A DNA stretch of 63,997 nucleotides, counting the filler, from an uncultured Myxococcia bacterium (lineage in GTDB: Bacteria; CAZTWC01), in NCBI GenBank assembly GCA_964617105.1. It is 9 parts of 9 records of this genome, joined end to end, with 100 filler letters (N's around TTAATTAATTAA, not from the genome) between each part and the next. Parts side by side here need not be neighbours in the genome. Positions count along the whole stretch, not along the records: positions 42,948 to 49,932 come from CAZTWC010000203.1; positions 50,033 to 56,973 come from CAZTWC010000205.1; positions 57,074 to 63,997 come from CAZTWC010000206.1; 6 more parts are not named here. One strand, 5' to 3'. Below the pieces are notes generated by a model. That model was not told the DNA's origin and made no database searches. It saw nothing but the letters and a program-made list of their open reading frames with translations. The translations under genes and the position numbers were made by a program. How positions within the stretch are numbered: position 1 is the first letter of the stretch; each line of letters starts with the position of its first letter. Shown here one piece after another: positions 49,436 to 60,299 of this stretch.

Positions 49436-49932
49436 CTAAGGTTTAATGGCAAAAATTACCACGCTGCGGCCGCATCCATGTTTTGCCAGGACGCGATAGA
49501 GATCATCTAAAAATTCTGGTTTAAACTCTAGAAGTTTCTGTTCAAAATCCATCCGTTTTTGATGACATCTTAAGCCAAGATTTGGCTCATCAATATAATT
49601 GTCGCCCAGGAGCAAGAAAAATTCCATAGGAAAAGTTGAGAAAGTGCTGATTACAGAAAAACCGCTGCGCGTCACTAAATTTTTTAATGAATCAAAACTG
49701 AAATAGTTGAGATGATGGGGAATGGAGATCCACCACTGTTTTTTATTTATGGCGGAGTTGGCAATTTTTTGAATGGGATTAAAATCATTTGGTGACTCTA
49801 TACAGAGAACACCTCCAGGTTTTAACAGTTTAAAGACTTGTTCACATAAATAGATAGGATTGGGGATATGTTCCAACTGAGACGAGCCACAATATTTGAT
49901 GGAAAAAAGGAGAGAAATGTGCAAGATAAGTA
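49436..49932 (-). CDS. Class I SAM-dependent methyltransferase, C-terminal fragment
   Basis: LEHIPNP...LLKPGGVLCIESPN...PHHLNYF. Confidence 0.7.
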
Positions 49933-50032
49933 NNNNNNNNNNNNNNNNNNNNNNNNNNNNNNNNNNNNNNNNNNNNTTAATTAATTAANNNNNNNNNNNN
50001 NNNNNNNNNNNNNNNNNNNNNNNNNNNNNNNN

Positions 50033-51999
50033 CCGCTTACATGGCCACCAGATTAGGAGCGGTGCGCTGTGAAATTTGGACCGATGTCCCTGGCATTTAT
50101 ACCGCCACTCCTCAACAGATACCTTCAGCCCGGTTACTCAAATTGCTTGACTTTGATGAAGCTCAGGAGATCATCTCCACCGGGGCCAAAGTGCTGCATC
50201 CCCGTTGCTTGACACCTTTGCAAAAATACGGCATCCCTCTCTATATTCGCTGCACCCAGCGGCCGGAAATAAAGGGGACAGTTATCTCTCCCGGGGCTCC
50301 GGGCGGCGGAAAAGAGATCAAAGCGGTCTCGGCCAAAAAGGGGGTGATGCTAATCACTATGGAGAGCGTCAATATGTGGCAGCAAGTAGGCTTTTTGGCC
50401 GATACTTTCGGTTGTTTCAAGCAACATGGGCTATCGGTGGACCTGGTTTCCACTTCTGAAACCAATGTAACCGTATCCCTGGACGCTGCTGCCAATATGT
50501 TGGAAGGTAAAGTGGTTGAAAAATTGCTGGCAGACCTGAGCAACTTTTGCCAGGCCCGCAGCCTGGGACCCTGTGCCATGATTAGCCTTGTGGGGCGCAA
50601 TATTCGTTCTGTTTTACACAAGTTGAGTCCTGCTTTGGAGGTTTTTCAGGAGCAGAAGATCTATTTGGTTTCACAGGCGGCCAATGATTTGAACTTGACT
50701 TTTGTGGTAGATGAAGATCAGTCGGATCGCCTGGTGTTACAGTTGCATAACCTGTTTTTTAGCGATGACCGGGAGGACAATATCTTTGGTGCTTCCTGGC
50801 GGCAACTGTTTGGCGTAGAAGAGGGCGATAAACAAGATGAAAAGAAAGATGATACCGCTACCATGGGTCAGAGATGGTGGCAGGACCGCCGCCAGGAGTT
50901 ACTGCAAATGGCTGCTCAAGAATCCCCTTTATATGTTTATGATCAGAACACCCTTAATAACAGTGCCCAACAGTTATTGGGGCTAAACTCAATAGACCGG
51001 GTTTTTTATGCTGTAAAGGCCAACGCCCATCCGGCTATTGTGAAAAATCTTTTTCAACTGGGATTTGGTTTTGAATGTGTATCACCTGGGGAGATTGAAT
51101 ATTTACAGAAGATACTTCCCGATTTGGCGCCCCAGCGTATTTTGTTTACTCCAAATTTTGCTCCAGCCTCAGAATATGAGACCGCCTATGAGCGGGGAGT
51201 ATATGTTACCATGGACAATCTTTACCCCCTGGAGAGTTGGCCTCAACTCTTTAAGGGCCGGGAGTTATTTTTACGGCTCGATCCGGGTCAGGGTAGGGGA
51301 CATCATCAATATGTCCATACTGCTGGCAAACAGTCAAAATTTGGTATTGCGCCCTATCAAATAGAGAAACTTCTTGCCTTGCTGGACAAATGCCAGGCCA
51401 CGGTTATTGGCCTTCACGCCCATACTGGCAGTGGTATTTTGGCTCCTCATGCCTGGCAGGAGACTGCCCTGTTTTTAAAATCCATGGCAGAAAATTTTCC
51501 CAAATTGCGCTTTGTTGATCTGGGAGGTGGTTTGGGAGTAGTGGAAAAACCAGGGCAAACCCCATTGAACCTGCCAGAGGTAGATAAAAAGTTGGCCATG
51601 GTAAAAGAGACTATGCCGGGGATAGAGTTTTGGCTGGAGCCGGGTCGTTTCCTGGTGGCTGAGGCCGGAGTGCTTTTAGCCAGGGTAACCCAAATTAAAC
51701 AGAAGGAAGAGTTTAATTATGTGGGCATCAATTGCGGAATGAATGTGCTGATTCGTCCCATGCTATACGGTTCTTACCACGAGATAGTTAATCTCACCCG
51801 TCTGGATGATGAAAAGAGCATGAAGGCAAATATAGTTGGCCCTATTTGCGAATCAGGTGATACTTTGGGTTATGGGCGGCGTCTGGCTCCTGCTCAAGAG
51901 GGTGATATAATCCTTATCGACACCGCTGGGGCTTACGGAAGTGTTATGAGTTCCTCTTATAATATGCGTAAACCCGCCAGCGAGGCAGTGTTGAGTTAG
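50033..51999 (+). CDS. lysAC: Bifunctional aspartate kinase / diaminopimelate decarboxylase; 5'-truncated
   Basis: WTDVPG and GAKVLHP plus ACT domains, then YAVKAN (PLP Lys), SKFG, DLGGG, EPGR, GPICESGD and GAYG. Confidence 0.92.
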
Positions 52000-52071
52000 T
52001 ACTGTCCATCGGATATTTTAAAGGGGGTATTAGGCCAATAAACCACCCCTACCTTTGAGAAGGAGGCGAAA

Positions 52072-52638
52072 ATGAAAAAAATAATAGACCTGAAGTTGGC
52101 TACCCGGCTGATTAATAATGGCTGTACAGTGCTGGTTTCTACCCGGGGAGATGGTAAGGATAACATTATGACGGTAGCCTGGTTGATGCCTCTGGCTAAA
52201 GATCCCCCCCTGGTGGCTTTGGCCATAGGCCAGTCTAAATTTTCTTATAAACTGATCCAAAAAACCGGACAATTTGCCATCAATGTGCCCAATAAAGACC
52301 TGGCGCCACAAACTATGATCTGTGGCCGCCACAAAGGGTTTGAGGTGGATAAATTTGAGTTGTCCGGTTTGACTGCCAGGCCAGCGCAAAAGTTAGATGT
52401 ACCCCTGGTTGATGAGTGTTTTGCCCATCTGGAGTGCCGCCTCAGGGAAACTTTTATTTTGGGAAAATCGGCCATCACTGTGGGCGAAGTTGTCTGCGCC
52501 CAGGTGGAGGATGAACTCTTTGATTCTAGTGTTCTCATTGGAGATGACCGGGCCAAAACCCTTCACCACCTTGGAGGAGCGAAGTTTTGTTTTCCTGGTG
52601 AGCCTTTTGTCTCAACTGCCGAAAACCAGCAAGGCTAA
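52072..52638 (+). CDS. Flavin reductase-like FMN-binding protein
   Basis: NIMTVAW, PPLV, FAINVP, LECR, GEV and LHHLGG motifs. Confidence 0.85.
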   Translation: MKKIIDLKLATRLINNGCTVLVSTRGDGKDNIMTVAWLMPLAKDPPLVALAIGQSKFSYKLIQKTGQFAINVPNKDLAPQTMICGRHKGFEVDKFELSGLTARPAQKLDVPLVDECFAHLECRLRETFILGKSAITVGEVVCAQVEDELFDSSVLIGDDRAKTLHHLGGAKFCFPGEPFVSTAENQQG

Positions 52639-52641
52639 TCA

Positions 52642-53460
52642 GTGGATAATTCTATAAAAAAAATAAAGAAACTGGGCCAGAATTTTCTCCAGGATCAACA
52701 GGCCCTGCAGCAGGTAGTGGAGTTTGCCCGAGTGGATGGGAAAAATGTGCTGGAGATAGGGGCAGGTTCAGGATTTTTAACCAATCTTTTATCTGAGCAA
52801 TGCCGCAGAGTACTGGCCCTGGAAGTGGATCAGCGGTTTATCCGCCTGTTGCAGAAAGATTTCGCCGGCAATGAAAAGGTGGATATCCTGGCCGGATCTA
52901 TTTTGCGGTTGAACCTGGAAGAATTATCGATGCGTTTTGGCTCCCTGGAGGTGGTAGGTAATCTCCCCTATTATTTGACCAGCAAAATAATCCTTTATCT
53001 AATAGATAACCGAGACTATTTTGCTTCAGCCACCATAATGGTTCAGGACGAAGTTGCCAGACGTCTGGCTTCCCCGCCAGGGAATAAGAGTTACGGCCGG
53101 CTTTCCATCCTGGTGCAACTGTTTTTTGGCCTGCAAACAGGGCCCACTTTCCCCCCCTCCTATTTTTCGCCTCCCCCCCGGGTTAACTCCACCCTGGTTA
53201 GGATGATCCCCTATTCACAGATGCCGGTGGAGATAGTTGATATTAATTTTTTTCAGAAAGTGGTAAAAGCCGCCTTTAGCCAAAGACGGAAAAAATTGCT
53301 CAACAATCTTTTGGCTTGCCCTCTTTTCACCTTGAATCGCCAGGAATTACTATCTTTATTGGAGGAGAGCGACATTGGTGAAAATCAACGGGCCGAGGAG
53401 TTAACCATAGCCGAATTCGCCCGATTGACGGAGAAGTTGACTGCCTTCAACTGCGTCTAA
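52642..53460 (+). CDS. rsmA: 16S rRNA adenine dimethyltransferase
   Basis: LGQNFL, EIGAGSG, GNLPYY, MVQDEVA, F.PPP.V.S and RRKKL motifs. Confidence 0.93.
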   Translation: MDNSIKKIKKLGQNFLQDQQALQQVVEFARVDGKNVLEIGAGSGFLTNLLSEQCRRVLALEVDQRFIRLLQKDFAGNEKVDILAGSILRLNLEELSMRFGSLEVVGNLPYYLTSKIILYLIDNRDYFASATIMVQDEVARRLASPPGNKSYGRLSILVQLFFGLQTGPTFPPSYFSPPPRVNSTLVRMIPYSQMPVEIVDINFFQKVVKAAFSQRRKKLLNNLLACPLFTLNRQELLSLLEESDIGENQRAEELTIAEFARLTEKLTAFNCV

Positions 53461-53648
53461 GTTGTCAGATTTGTTTTACCCCATTAGATATGAACTACCT
53501 CAAATCTTGCATTAATACCGTGAATGCGTTAACATAATGCTGCTCCGTTGCTGGTTTTAGGTAGTATGCGGATCAATTCACAATGGCTGTCAAAAGAATC
53601 AATAAGATAGTCAAGGGAAAACGCTGTAATTAGAGCATAACTTCGGAT

Positions 53649-54404
53649 TTGAGCAACACTATGAATTATCAGCGAGGACCAACTGTTAGGTTGGGAGGGG
53701 GCTTGACCCCAGTGGTAAAAAAACTGATTATTGCCTGTTCGGTCATTTATTTATTGGAATTAATCAGCCTAAACTGGATGCACGACCCCTTTGTGGTAAA
53801 GTATTTTGCCCTTATCCCCCACCAATTTATCAATAGCCTACATCTTTGGCAGGTGGTTTCCTACCTGTTTCTTCACGATGCCCGGGATCCAATTCATCTG
53901 TTGTTGAATATGTTGATTTTGTGGCTGTTTGGCTCAATGTTCGAGAGCCGCTGGGGCTCAAAGGCGTTTTTAAAATTTTATCTGATCTCCGGAGTAGGCG
54001 CTGGATTTGCGGTTGTCCTTTCCGGCCTGGTGGATCAGTCTCATTGGATGGTACCCACTCTGGGTGCTTCTGGATCAATTTATGCCCTGATGGTGGCTTA
54101 CGGGATGATTTTTCCTGAGCAGCCGGTTTACTTTTTTGCCATCTTTCCCCTCAAGGGCAAGCACTTGATTATGGTTTTGATAATTATCACCTTGCTCTAT
54201 GCCCTGGCTAAGAGTCCTATCAGTTATTCTGCTCATTTTGGCGGTATGTTGATGGGTTATCTGTTGGTCACCGGTAACTGGCGTCCCAGAAAACTTAAAA
54301 AAAAGTTAAATATCTACTTGACCAAAAGGGCCTATAAAAGGAACAGCAAAAAGTATAGACCCTTTAAAGATGATAATGGGGATGATAATTCCTTCCTGCA
54401 CTAA
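53649..54404 (+). CDS. Rhomboid family intramembrane serine protease
   Basis: WQ..SYLFLH, HLLLNM, GASG and AHFGG motifs. Confidence 0.9.
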   Translation: MSNTMNYQRGPTVRLGGGLTPVVKKLIIACSVIYLLELISLNWMHDPFVVKYFALIPHQFINSLHLWQVVSYLFLHDARDPIHLLLNMLILWLFGSMFESRWGSKAFLKFYLISGVGAGFAVVLSGLVDQSHWMVPTLGASGSIYALMVAYGMIFPEQPVYFFAIFPLKGKHLIMVLIIITLLYALAKSPISYSAHFGGMLMGYLLVTGNWRPRKLKKKLNIYLTKRAYKRNSKKYRPFKDDNGDDNSFLH

Positions 54405-54476
54405 CCAGCCAATTCGTAGCCAAAGATAATTTGCCTTTGTTTAAGAAAAAGAAAAACCCAATTTCGGGGGATATAG

Positions 54477-55985
54477 ATGGAAAAGAATAGATTACTGCGA
54501 ATTCTGCCTCAGGTGGGAAAGGTTCTGGCCTGTCCAGAGGTGGTGGAGATGAAAAATCGTTCTTCTTTTTCCATGGCGGAATTGAAAGATGCAGTCCAGA
54601 GAGCGATTGAGTTTGAGCGGCTAAAACTGATTAAAAAATTGACTGAATCCGATGGACGGAGAAAAAAATCCGCCCCGGATCTAGAGGCATCGGAGCCTTA
54701 TAAAGATGGTGATCAAGATAATGATGATTTGATGCACCGGGTGCTAGCCGGAGTGGAGCGGGAATTGACCGAGCTGGCCCGAAAGCGGCTCTGCTGCCTG
54801 GTCAATGGAACCGGAATCATTATCCACACCAATCTGGGACGGGCGCCTTTGGGCGGTTTAATAGAAAAGATTCAGGCTTTGCCTGCCGGTTATTGCAACC
54901 TGGAGTACAACCTTCAGAGCGGTGGAAGGGGCTCCAGATATTCCCATGCTGCAGAGCAGATTTTAGCGGTCACCGGCGGGGAAGATGTATTGGTGGTCAA
55001 CAATAATGCAGCGGCAGTTTTCCTAATGTTGAACACCATGGCCAAAGATCGCCAGGTGCTGGTTTCCCGCGGCGAGTTGGTGGAGATTGGTGGTTCCTTC
55101 AGGATTCCTGATATCATGCGGGCCTCCGGGGCAATATTAAAGGAGGTTGGCACCACCAATAAAACCCGGGTCAGCGATTTTCGACAGGCAATTGACCAGG
55201 AAACCGCCTTGTTGCTAAAGGTTCACCGCAGTAATTTTGCTCAGGTGGGATTTTGCCAGGAGGTGGAGATCCAGGAATTGGTAGAACTGGGACAGAGTGT
55301 CCAAAGGCCGGTTATGTTCGATTTGGGATCTGGTTCGATTTTTTCCGGACCAGGTTTTGATAGAGAGCAACCAGCTGCGCCCCGCTATCCAGGTGGAATT
55401 AGCAGCCAACCTGAACCTGGGGTTAAAGAGGTGGTGCTTTCTGGTCCCGACCTGGTCACTTTTAGTGGAGATAAACTGCTGGGCGGACCCCAGGCCGGGA
55501 TAATTGTAGGAAAAAAGTGCTGGTTGGATAGAGTCAGACAAAATCCTTTACTTAGAGTGTTGCGGGTTGACAAGTTGACCCTGGTCATCCTGGAGGAGAT
55601 ATTTCGGCTTTACCGGGAGGGGGAGGCCGCTGCCCGAAAAGAGATTCCCGTACTGGCCATGTTGGCTGCCAGCCAGGATAGTTTGTCTGCCAGGGCCCAT
55701 AAATTGGCCAATCAGTTGAGCCAGATATCTTCACTGGCAGTGGTGGTGGAGAATTGCTTTTCCCAGACCGGTGGAGGCAGCCTGCCCCTTTTTCCTTTAC
55801 CCTCTTTTCAGGTAAAGATTTCCTGCCCGGGAATTTCAGAGGAGCAGATGGCTCAAAAGATGAGGCAAAATCAACCTCCAATTATAGGTAAAAGAGAGAG
55901 CGGGGTCTTTGCCCTGGATGTGCGGACTATTTTACCAGGCCAGATCTCCCTGGTGGTGGAAGCGGCAAAAGGTATAGCTATTTGA
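54477..55985 (+). CDS. selA: L-seryl-tRNA(Sec) selenium transferase
   Basis: NGTGIIIHTNLGRAP, VNNNAAA, SRGELVEIGGSFRIP, EVGTTN and FSGDKLLGGPQAG motifs. Confidence 0.96.
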   Translation: MEKNRLLRILPQVGKVLACPEVVEMKNRSSFSMAELKDAVQRAIEFERLKLIKKLTESDGRRKKSAPDLEASEPYKDGDQDNDDLMHRVLAGVERELTELARKRLCCLVNGTGIIIHTNLGRAPLGGLIEKIQALPAGYCNLEYNLQSGGRGSRYSHAAEQILAVTGGEDVLVVNNNAAAVFLMLNTMAKDRQVLVSRGELVEIGGSFRIPDIMRASGAILKEVGTTNKTRVSDFRQAIDQETALLLKVHRSNFAQVGFCQEVEIQELVELGQSVQRPVMFDLGSGSIFSGPGFDREQPAAPRYPGGISSQPEPGVKEVVLSGPDLVTFSGDKLLGGPQAGIIVGKKCWLDRVRQNPLLRVLRVDKLTLVILEEIFRLYREGEAAARKEIPVLAMLAASQDSLSARAHKLANQLSQISSLAVVVENCFSQTGGGSLPLFPLPSFQVKISCPGISEEQMAQKMRQNQPPIIGKRESGVFALDVRTILPGQISLVVEAAKGIAI

Positions 55986-56006
55986 AATTGGAGTTGAAAA
56001 GATAAA

Positions 56007-56973
56007 ATGGACAAAGATATCAGGTACTGTACCTATTGCCCAAAATTATGCCGAGCCTTTTGCCCGGTGGCCACGGCGAAAGCCAGTGAAACTCTCACTC
56101 CCTGGGGTAAGATGAACCACCTCTATTTGCTGGAAAAGAGATGGCGGCGTCTGGACTTGCAGACCGCAGAGATTTTTTACGCTTGCCTGGGTTGCCTGGC
56201 CTGCCGTACCTATTGCGAACATCAGATAACACCTCCGGAGAGTCTCTGGGAGGGACGCCGAAAAGCCGTCCTCCACAACCTGCTGCCTCCTCGAATGGAA
56301 GAGTTATTGACCAATTATCAGGAAAATCTGAATCTTCAACTGGCAGAGATAGTGCAACAGTTGGTTCCTGATGAGCTGCTGGAGCCTGATGCTAAGGCGG
56401 TTTATTTCAGCGGCTGTATGGCTCTCAGGCATTATCCCGAAATGGTGAAAAATACCTCGGCAATTTTCAAGGCCCTGGGGTTAGATTATATCGCTGTATA
56501 TAGCCATAAATTACAGTGTTGCGGCCTCCCGCTCCACCACGCAGGTTTGTGGGACCAGTGCCGGAAATACATGCAGCGGGTATCCAAGATCTTAAGTTCT
56601 TGCAAGTTGATTATCAGTGGCTGTCCGGCCTGTACCTATACGTTAAAATCAATATTCCCCAGGCATGGAGCCAGAATAAGTGCTCAAATTGTTCATTTTA
56701 GCGAATTTATCTCCCAAATCGAGGGGATCTCCCAGAAATTAGAAACTCCCCCCACCCCGGTAACTAAGCGCTGTTTTTATCACGATCCTTGCTACCTGGG
56801 TCGCTACCTGGGTGTATATCAACCACCGCGCCAGATTTTGAGCAGCCTGGGATTGGAGGTTTTAGACTTTCCATCCCACCACGAATCGTCCCATTGCTGT
56901 GGTGGAGGCGGACTGGTGCCGGAAAATTTTCCAGAAATTGCCCAGTCTGTTTCCGCAGCTCGCCTGGTTGAAC
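56007..56973 (+). CDS. Fe-S oxidoreductase with CCG domains (GlpC/HdrD-like); 3'-truncated
   Basis: CTYCPKLCRAFCP, CLGCLACRTYC, CCGLP...CPAC, HDPCYLGR and CCGGGG. Confidence 0.85.
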
Positions 56974-57075
56974 NNNNNNNNNNNNNNNNNNNNNNNNNNN
57001 NNNNNNNNNNNNNNNNNTTAATTAATTAANNNNNNNNNNNNNNNNNNNNNNNNNNNNNNNNNNNNNNNNNNNNGT

Positions 57076-58989
57076 AACCCCTTTTTCGCCGAAGAAATTA
57101 TTCGCCGTTTTATTGAAAAAAATGTCATTATTCCTGGAATTAAAGGAAAAGAGTGGAAAGTAGACACTAAGTTAATTGGCGACCAGGGACTGCCAGATTT
57201 CCTGGAGAAAATGATCGAAAATCAATTTTCAAAGGTAACGGATTCTAAAGGAGAAACCCCTTTTATCGGTAAAAAAGCGATGGTAGCGGGTACTCTTTTT
57301 TGGCAGGGGATTCTTGAAAATCTGACCAATGACCCCGATGACTTCCAGGAAACTGAGGAAAAAATAAAAGACAAATTGGAAAATGTGCTGGGTCAATGGG
57401 ATCAATTTAAAATAAACCCGGTCAGACTTCTTACTACCACTATGTCCAAAGATCAGTCTAACTGGTGGGACATGGTAATGGGCAAGACCTCAGAAAACAA
57501 AGTAAAAAGAAAATATCACCTGGTTTTAGCCCAGTGGTTGAAGGACAACATTAAAGGACTGACTGATAGCAATCCCACCATTTTAGCAATTCATTACCAT
57601 TTGGGAGGTAATCTAGCCCAGGCTTTTAGATTTTATAAAAAATCGGCAGTTCAGGCCAAACATCTTTCTGCCCACGAAGAAGCGATCAAATATTATCAAC
57701 AGGTGGTTAACCTGTTAGACAATGCTACGGGAAAAGATTATGCGGATATGGCAAACGAGTTAATCGCTGAAGGAATCAATGTCAGAGTTGCTGATTGGCA
57801 GGAACGAGTTGATATCTATATGGAAATCGGTGAAATATATACCAGCATGGGACTCACTGACAATGCCATTGAAATCTTAAAAAAAGCCAGAGAATCTATT
57901 CTTAAAATTGAACGTAGAATTGAAAACGAATACATTTTACAGGATATTAGCCAATCAAGGGCTCAAGTGGCTTATAGATTCGCCGAACTCTACCGGCAAA
58001 TGGGCAAATTTGTCGATGCCAACATCTGCTATAACGAAGCCCTCAGACACCTGGAGAATACCCAATTGAGCATGCTTCCCATTCAGGTGATTACCGGTCT
58101 TGGCTTTGTCTGCCAACAGATGGGAGATAGCAAATCCGCCATTGAAATTTGCCAACGGGGTTTAGAGGAACTTAACAATATTCAATGTGAAAAAGATGAC
58201 CGAACCAGAGCGGTTGCTAACTTAAACAATATACTGGCCAAGATCTATTATGATAACAACCAATTAACTCAGGCTGAGAACTACTTCTCCAATTGCCAGG
58301 AACTATGGCATAATCTGGGAGATGAAATTGGTATCGCCAGGGCGTTGGACAATCGTGCCAGAATATATCGCGCCAAGGGTAATTACTCTCTGGCCCGTGG
58401 ACTTTTAATCAAATCGCTTAAACTAAAGGATAAACTCGGAGATATATTTGGTTTGGCAGAAACCAGCAAAGAGTTGGCAGATATCCTTTTTAAACAGGGA
58501 CAATACGATGAAGCCCTGGATATTATTTCCGGGGTTGAGAGTTACGCGCTAGATTTTAATTTTTTTGAAATCCTCTCCCAGTTATACCGGATCAGAGCGG
58601 AAATATACCTGGAACAAGAAGACTATGAAAAGAGTTTTTCCTATTCTGTGCGGGCCACCAAATTGGCTGAAAATGGTGGCAGCCAACACTATATTGCTGC
58701 ATCGCTTAAAATTATGACTGTAGCGATGATATACAAATATCATGAAAACTTGGATGATAAGAGTTATGCCAAAATATCAGAAGTGTTTCTCAAAGCAGAA
58801 AAAGTTTTTTTAGAAATTGGAAACCATTTAGAACTAGCCTATTTATATAAGATATTCGGGCAATATATGATGAATTGTGAAGGAAAACGGCGTGAGGGGG
58901 TAGAATATTTGCAAAAGGCCGTCGACACTTTTTCTGAAAACCAAATTGCTGAAGAATTAGAAAAAATCGAAGAAATACTTGCCCAATAA
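57076..58989 (+). CDS. C-terminal part of a STAND-like ATPase with TPR repeats; 5'-truncated
   Basis: Frame open to the contig edge, reading (G)NPFFAEEIIR (GxP motif); LAIHY..GG, A..EA..YY, then multiple TPR-like repeats. Confidence 0.65.
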   Translation, partial: NPFFAEEIIRRFIEKNVIIPGIKGKEWKVDTKLIGDQGLPDFLEKMIENQFSKVTDSKGETPFIGKKAMVAGTLFWQGILENLTNDPDDFQETEEKIKDKLENVLGQWDQFKINPVRLLTTTMSKDQSNWWDMVMGKTSENKVKRKYHLVLAQWLKDNIKGLTDSNPTILAIHYHLGGNLAQAFRFYKKSAVQAKHLSAHEEAIKYYQQVVNLLDNATGKDYADMANELIAEGINVRVADWQERVDIYMEIGEIYTSMGLTDNAIEILKKARESILKIERRIENEYILQDISQSRAQVAYRFAELYRQMGKFVDANICYNEALRHLENTQLSMLPIQVITGLGFVCQQMGDSKSAIEICQRGLEELNNIQCEKDDRTRAVANLNNILAKIYYDNNQLTQAENYFSNCQELWHNLGDEIGIARALDNRARIYRAKGNYSLARGLLIKSLKLKDKLGDIFGLAETSKELADILFKQGQYDEALDIISGVESYALDFNFFEILSQLYRIRAEIYLEQEDYEKSFSYSVRATKLAENGGSQHYIAASLKIMTVAMIYKYHENLDDKSYAKISEVFLKAEKVFLEIGNHLELAYLYKIFGQYMMNCEGKRREGVEYLQKAVDTFSENQIAEELEKIEEILAQ

Positions 58990-58992
58990 ACC

Positions 58993-60276
58993 ATGATAAA
59001 ATTCCCGCTTAAATACGGACAGGATAGATTGGAACTTTCATTTTCCCAGGGACAGGTGAAAGTTATTGAAAACCTGGGGAAAGAGGTTATTGAAGACCAG
59101 GAAATTGAACAAGCCTTTTGTCGGGCTTTGGACAACTCTGGAGAGAAAAGCCTTGACCAGGTAGTTTGTAAAGAAGACTCTATTTTACTTATTGTACCGG
59201 ATAAGACCCGAAATTACCGTATTCACAAATTTCTACCGTTTTTTTTAGAAAGGTTGCTTCATTTGGGGGTTAGAAAAAGGGATATAACCTTTATCTTTGC
59301 CGGGGGTACCCATACCACCATGAATAGAGAGCAAATGGCGGCTATTCTTGGTGAAGAGATTTATGATCAGTATAATTCCTGCCAGCATGACTGTGATGAT
59401 ATGGACAGGATGGTCTATCTAGGTGTTCACGATTCTGTAGAGATATATATAAATGATATAGTCAATAAATTTGACAAAATCATCACTATAAACGGAGTAA
59501 ATCCGCACCATTTTTTCGGTTTTAGCGGCGGCCCTAAAACTATAATGCCTGGTATAGCCGCCAGAAAATCGATTAATCAAAATCACCAAATGGTTCTCCA
59601 TCCCACCAAAGAGCGTTTAAACAAAAAGGCTACTCTTGGATTACTGGCAGGCAATCCTATCTACGATAACTCCTTGAAAGTAATGAATCTCGTTGGCCCT
59701 CACTTTGCCATCAACCCGGTGTTGAACGACAAAGGTAATTTTATGCGCTTTTTTTGTGGCGATCCTTACTCTTCTCATATAGAGGCCTGCAATTTTGTTG
59801 AGAACAACTTTTTTATCCCCATTGCAAAAAAAGGTGACTTGGTTATAGTCTCTCCAGGTGGACACCCTAAAGATCTTACCCTGATGCAATCTTACAAGGC
59901 ACTTACTTCAGCATCCCTGGCCGCTAAAAAGGGTGGTACCATTATCTTCACTGCCAATTGCAGAGAAGGTCTTGGTTCAGATATCTCTTACAAATGGTTA
60001 AAAGTTGAAAAAAGATCGGAATATTTTACTTTAATGAAAAAAAATTACCAGACTGAAGCACGGTCGATTTTTTTTACCCGCCAATTAGCCGAAGAGTTTG
60101 ATATAATGCTATTTAGCCAGTTGCCAAAGGCAGTAACCTCCTCTTTAGGTTTAAAACAATTAACCGGGAAAAAGGAAGTGCAAAATGCAATCGACCAAAA
60201 ACTAAAATCTGATTCTCTGGTATATATTATCCCCCATGGAAACCTGGTTTATCCAAAACCTGCAACCGTTCATTAA
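58993..60276 (+). CDS. larA: Nickel-pincer-dependent lactate racemase family protein (LarA homologue)
   Basis: PDKTR, GTH, PHHFFGFSGGPK.IMPG, NH and GGHPKD...QS.K motifs. Confidence 0.85.
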   Translation: MIKFPLKYGQDRLELSFSQGQVKVIENLGKEVIEDQEIEQAFCRALDNSGEKSLDQVVCKEDSILLIVPDKTRNYRIHKFLPFFLERLLHLGVRKRDITFIFAGGTHTTMNREQMAAILGEEIYDQYNSCQHDCDDMDRMVYLGVHDSVEIYINDIVNKFDKIITINGVNPHHFFGFSGGPKTIMPGIAARKSINQNHQMVLHPTKERLNKKATLGLLAGNPIYDNSLKVMNLVGPHFAINPVLNDKGNFMRFFCGDPYSSHIEACNFVENNFFIPIAKKGDLVIVSPGGHPKDLTLMQSYKALTSASLAAKKGGTIIFTANCREGLGSDISYKWLKVEKRSEYFTLMKKNYQTEARSIFFTRQLAEEFDIMLFSQLPKAVTSSLGLKQLTGKKEVQNAIDQKLKSDSLVYIIPHGNLVYPKPATVH

Positions 60277-60299
60277 TAATGATTTCAAGGTAAGGACTT

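Noticed and set aside
53490-53570. ncRNA (SRP or 6S) in the rsmA-rhomboid intergenic region
   Set aside because: An imperfect hairpin exists (ACTACCT/AGGTAGT), but the SRP CAGG...GGAAGCAG core and the 6S central bubble are not recognisable
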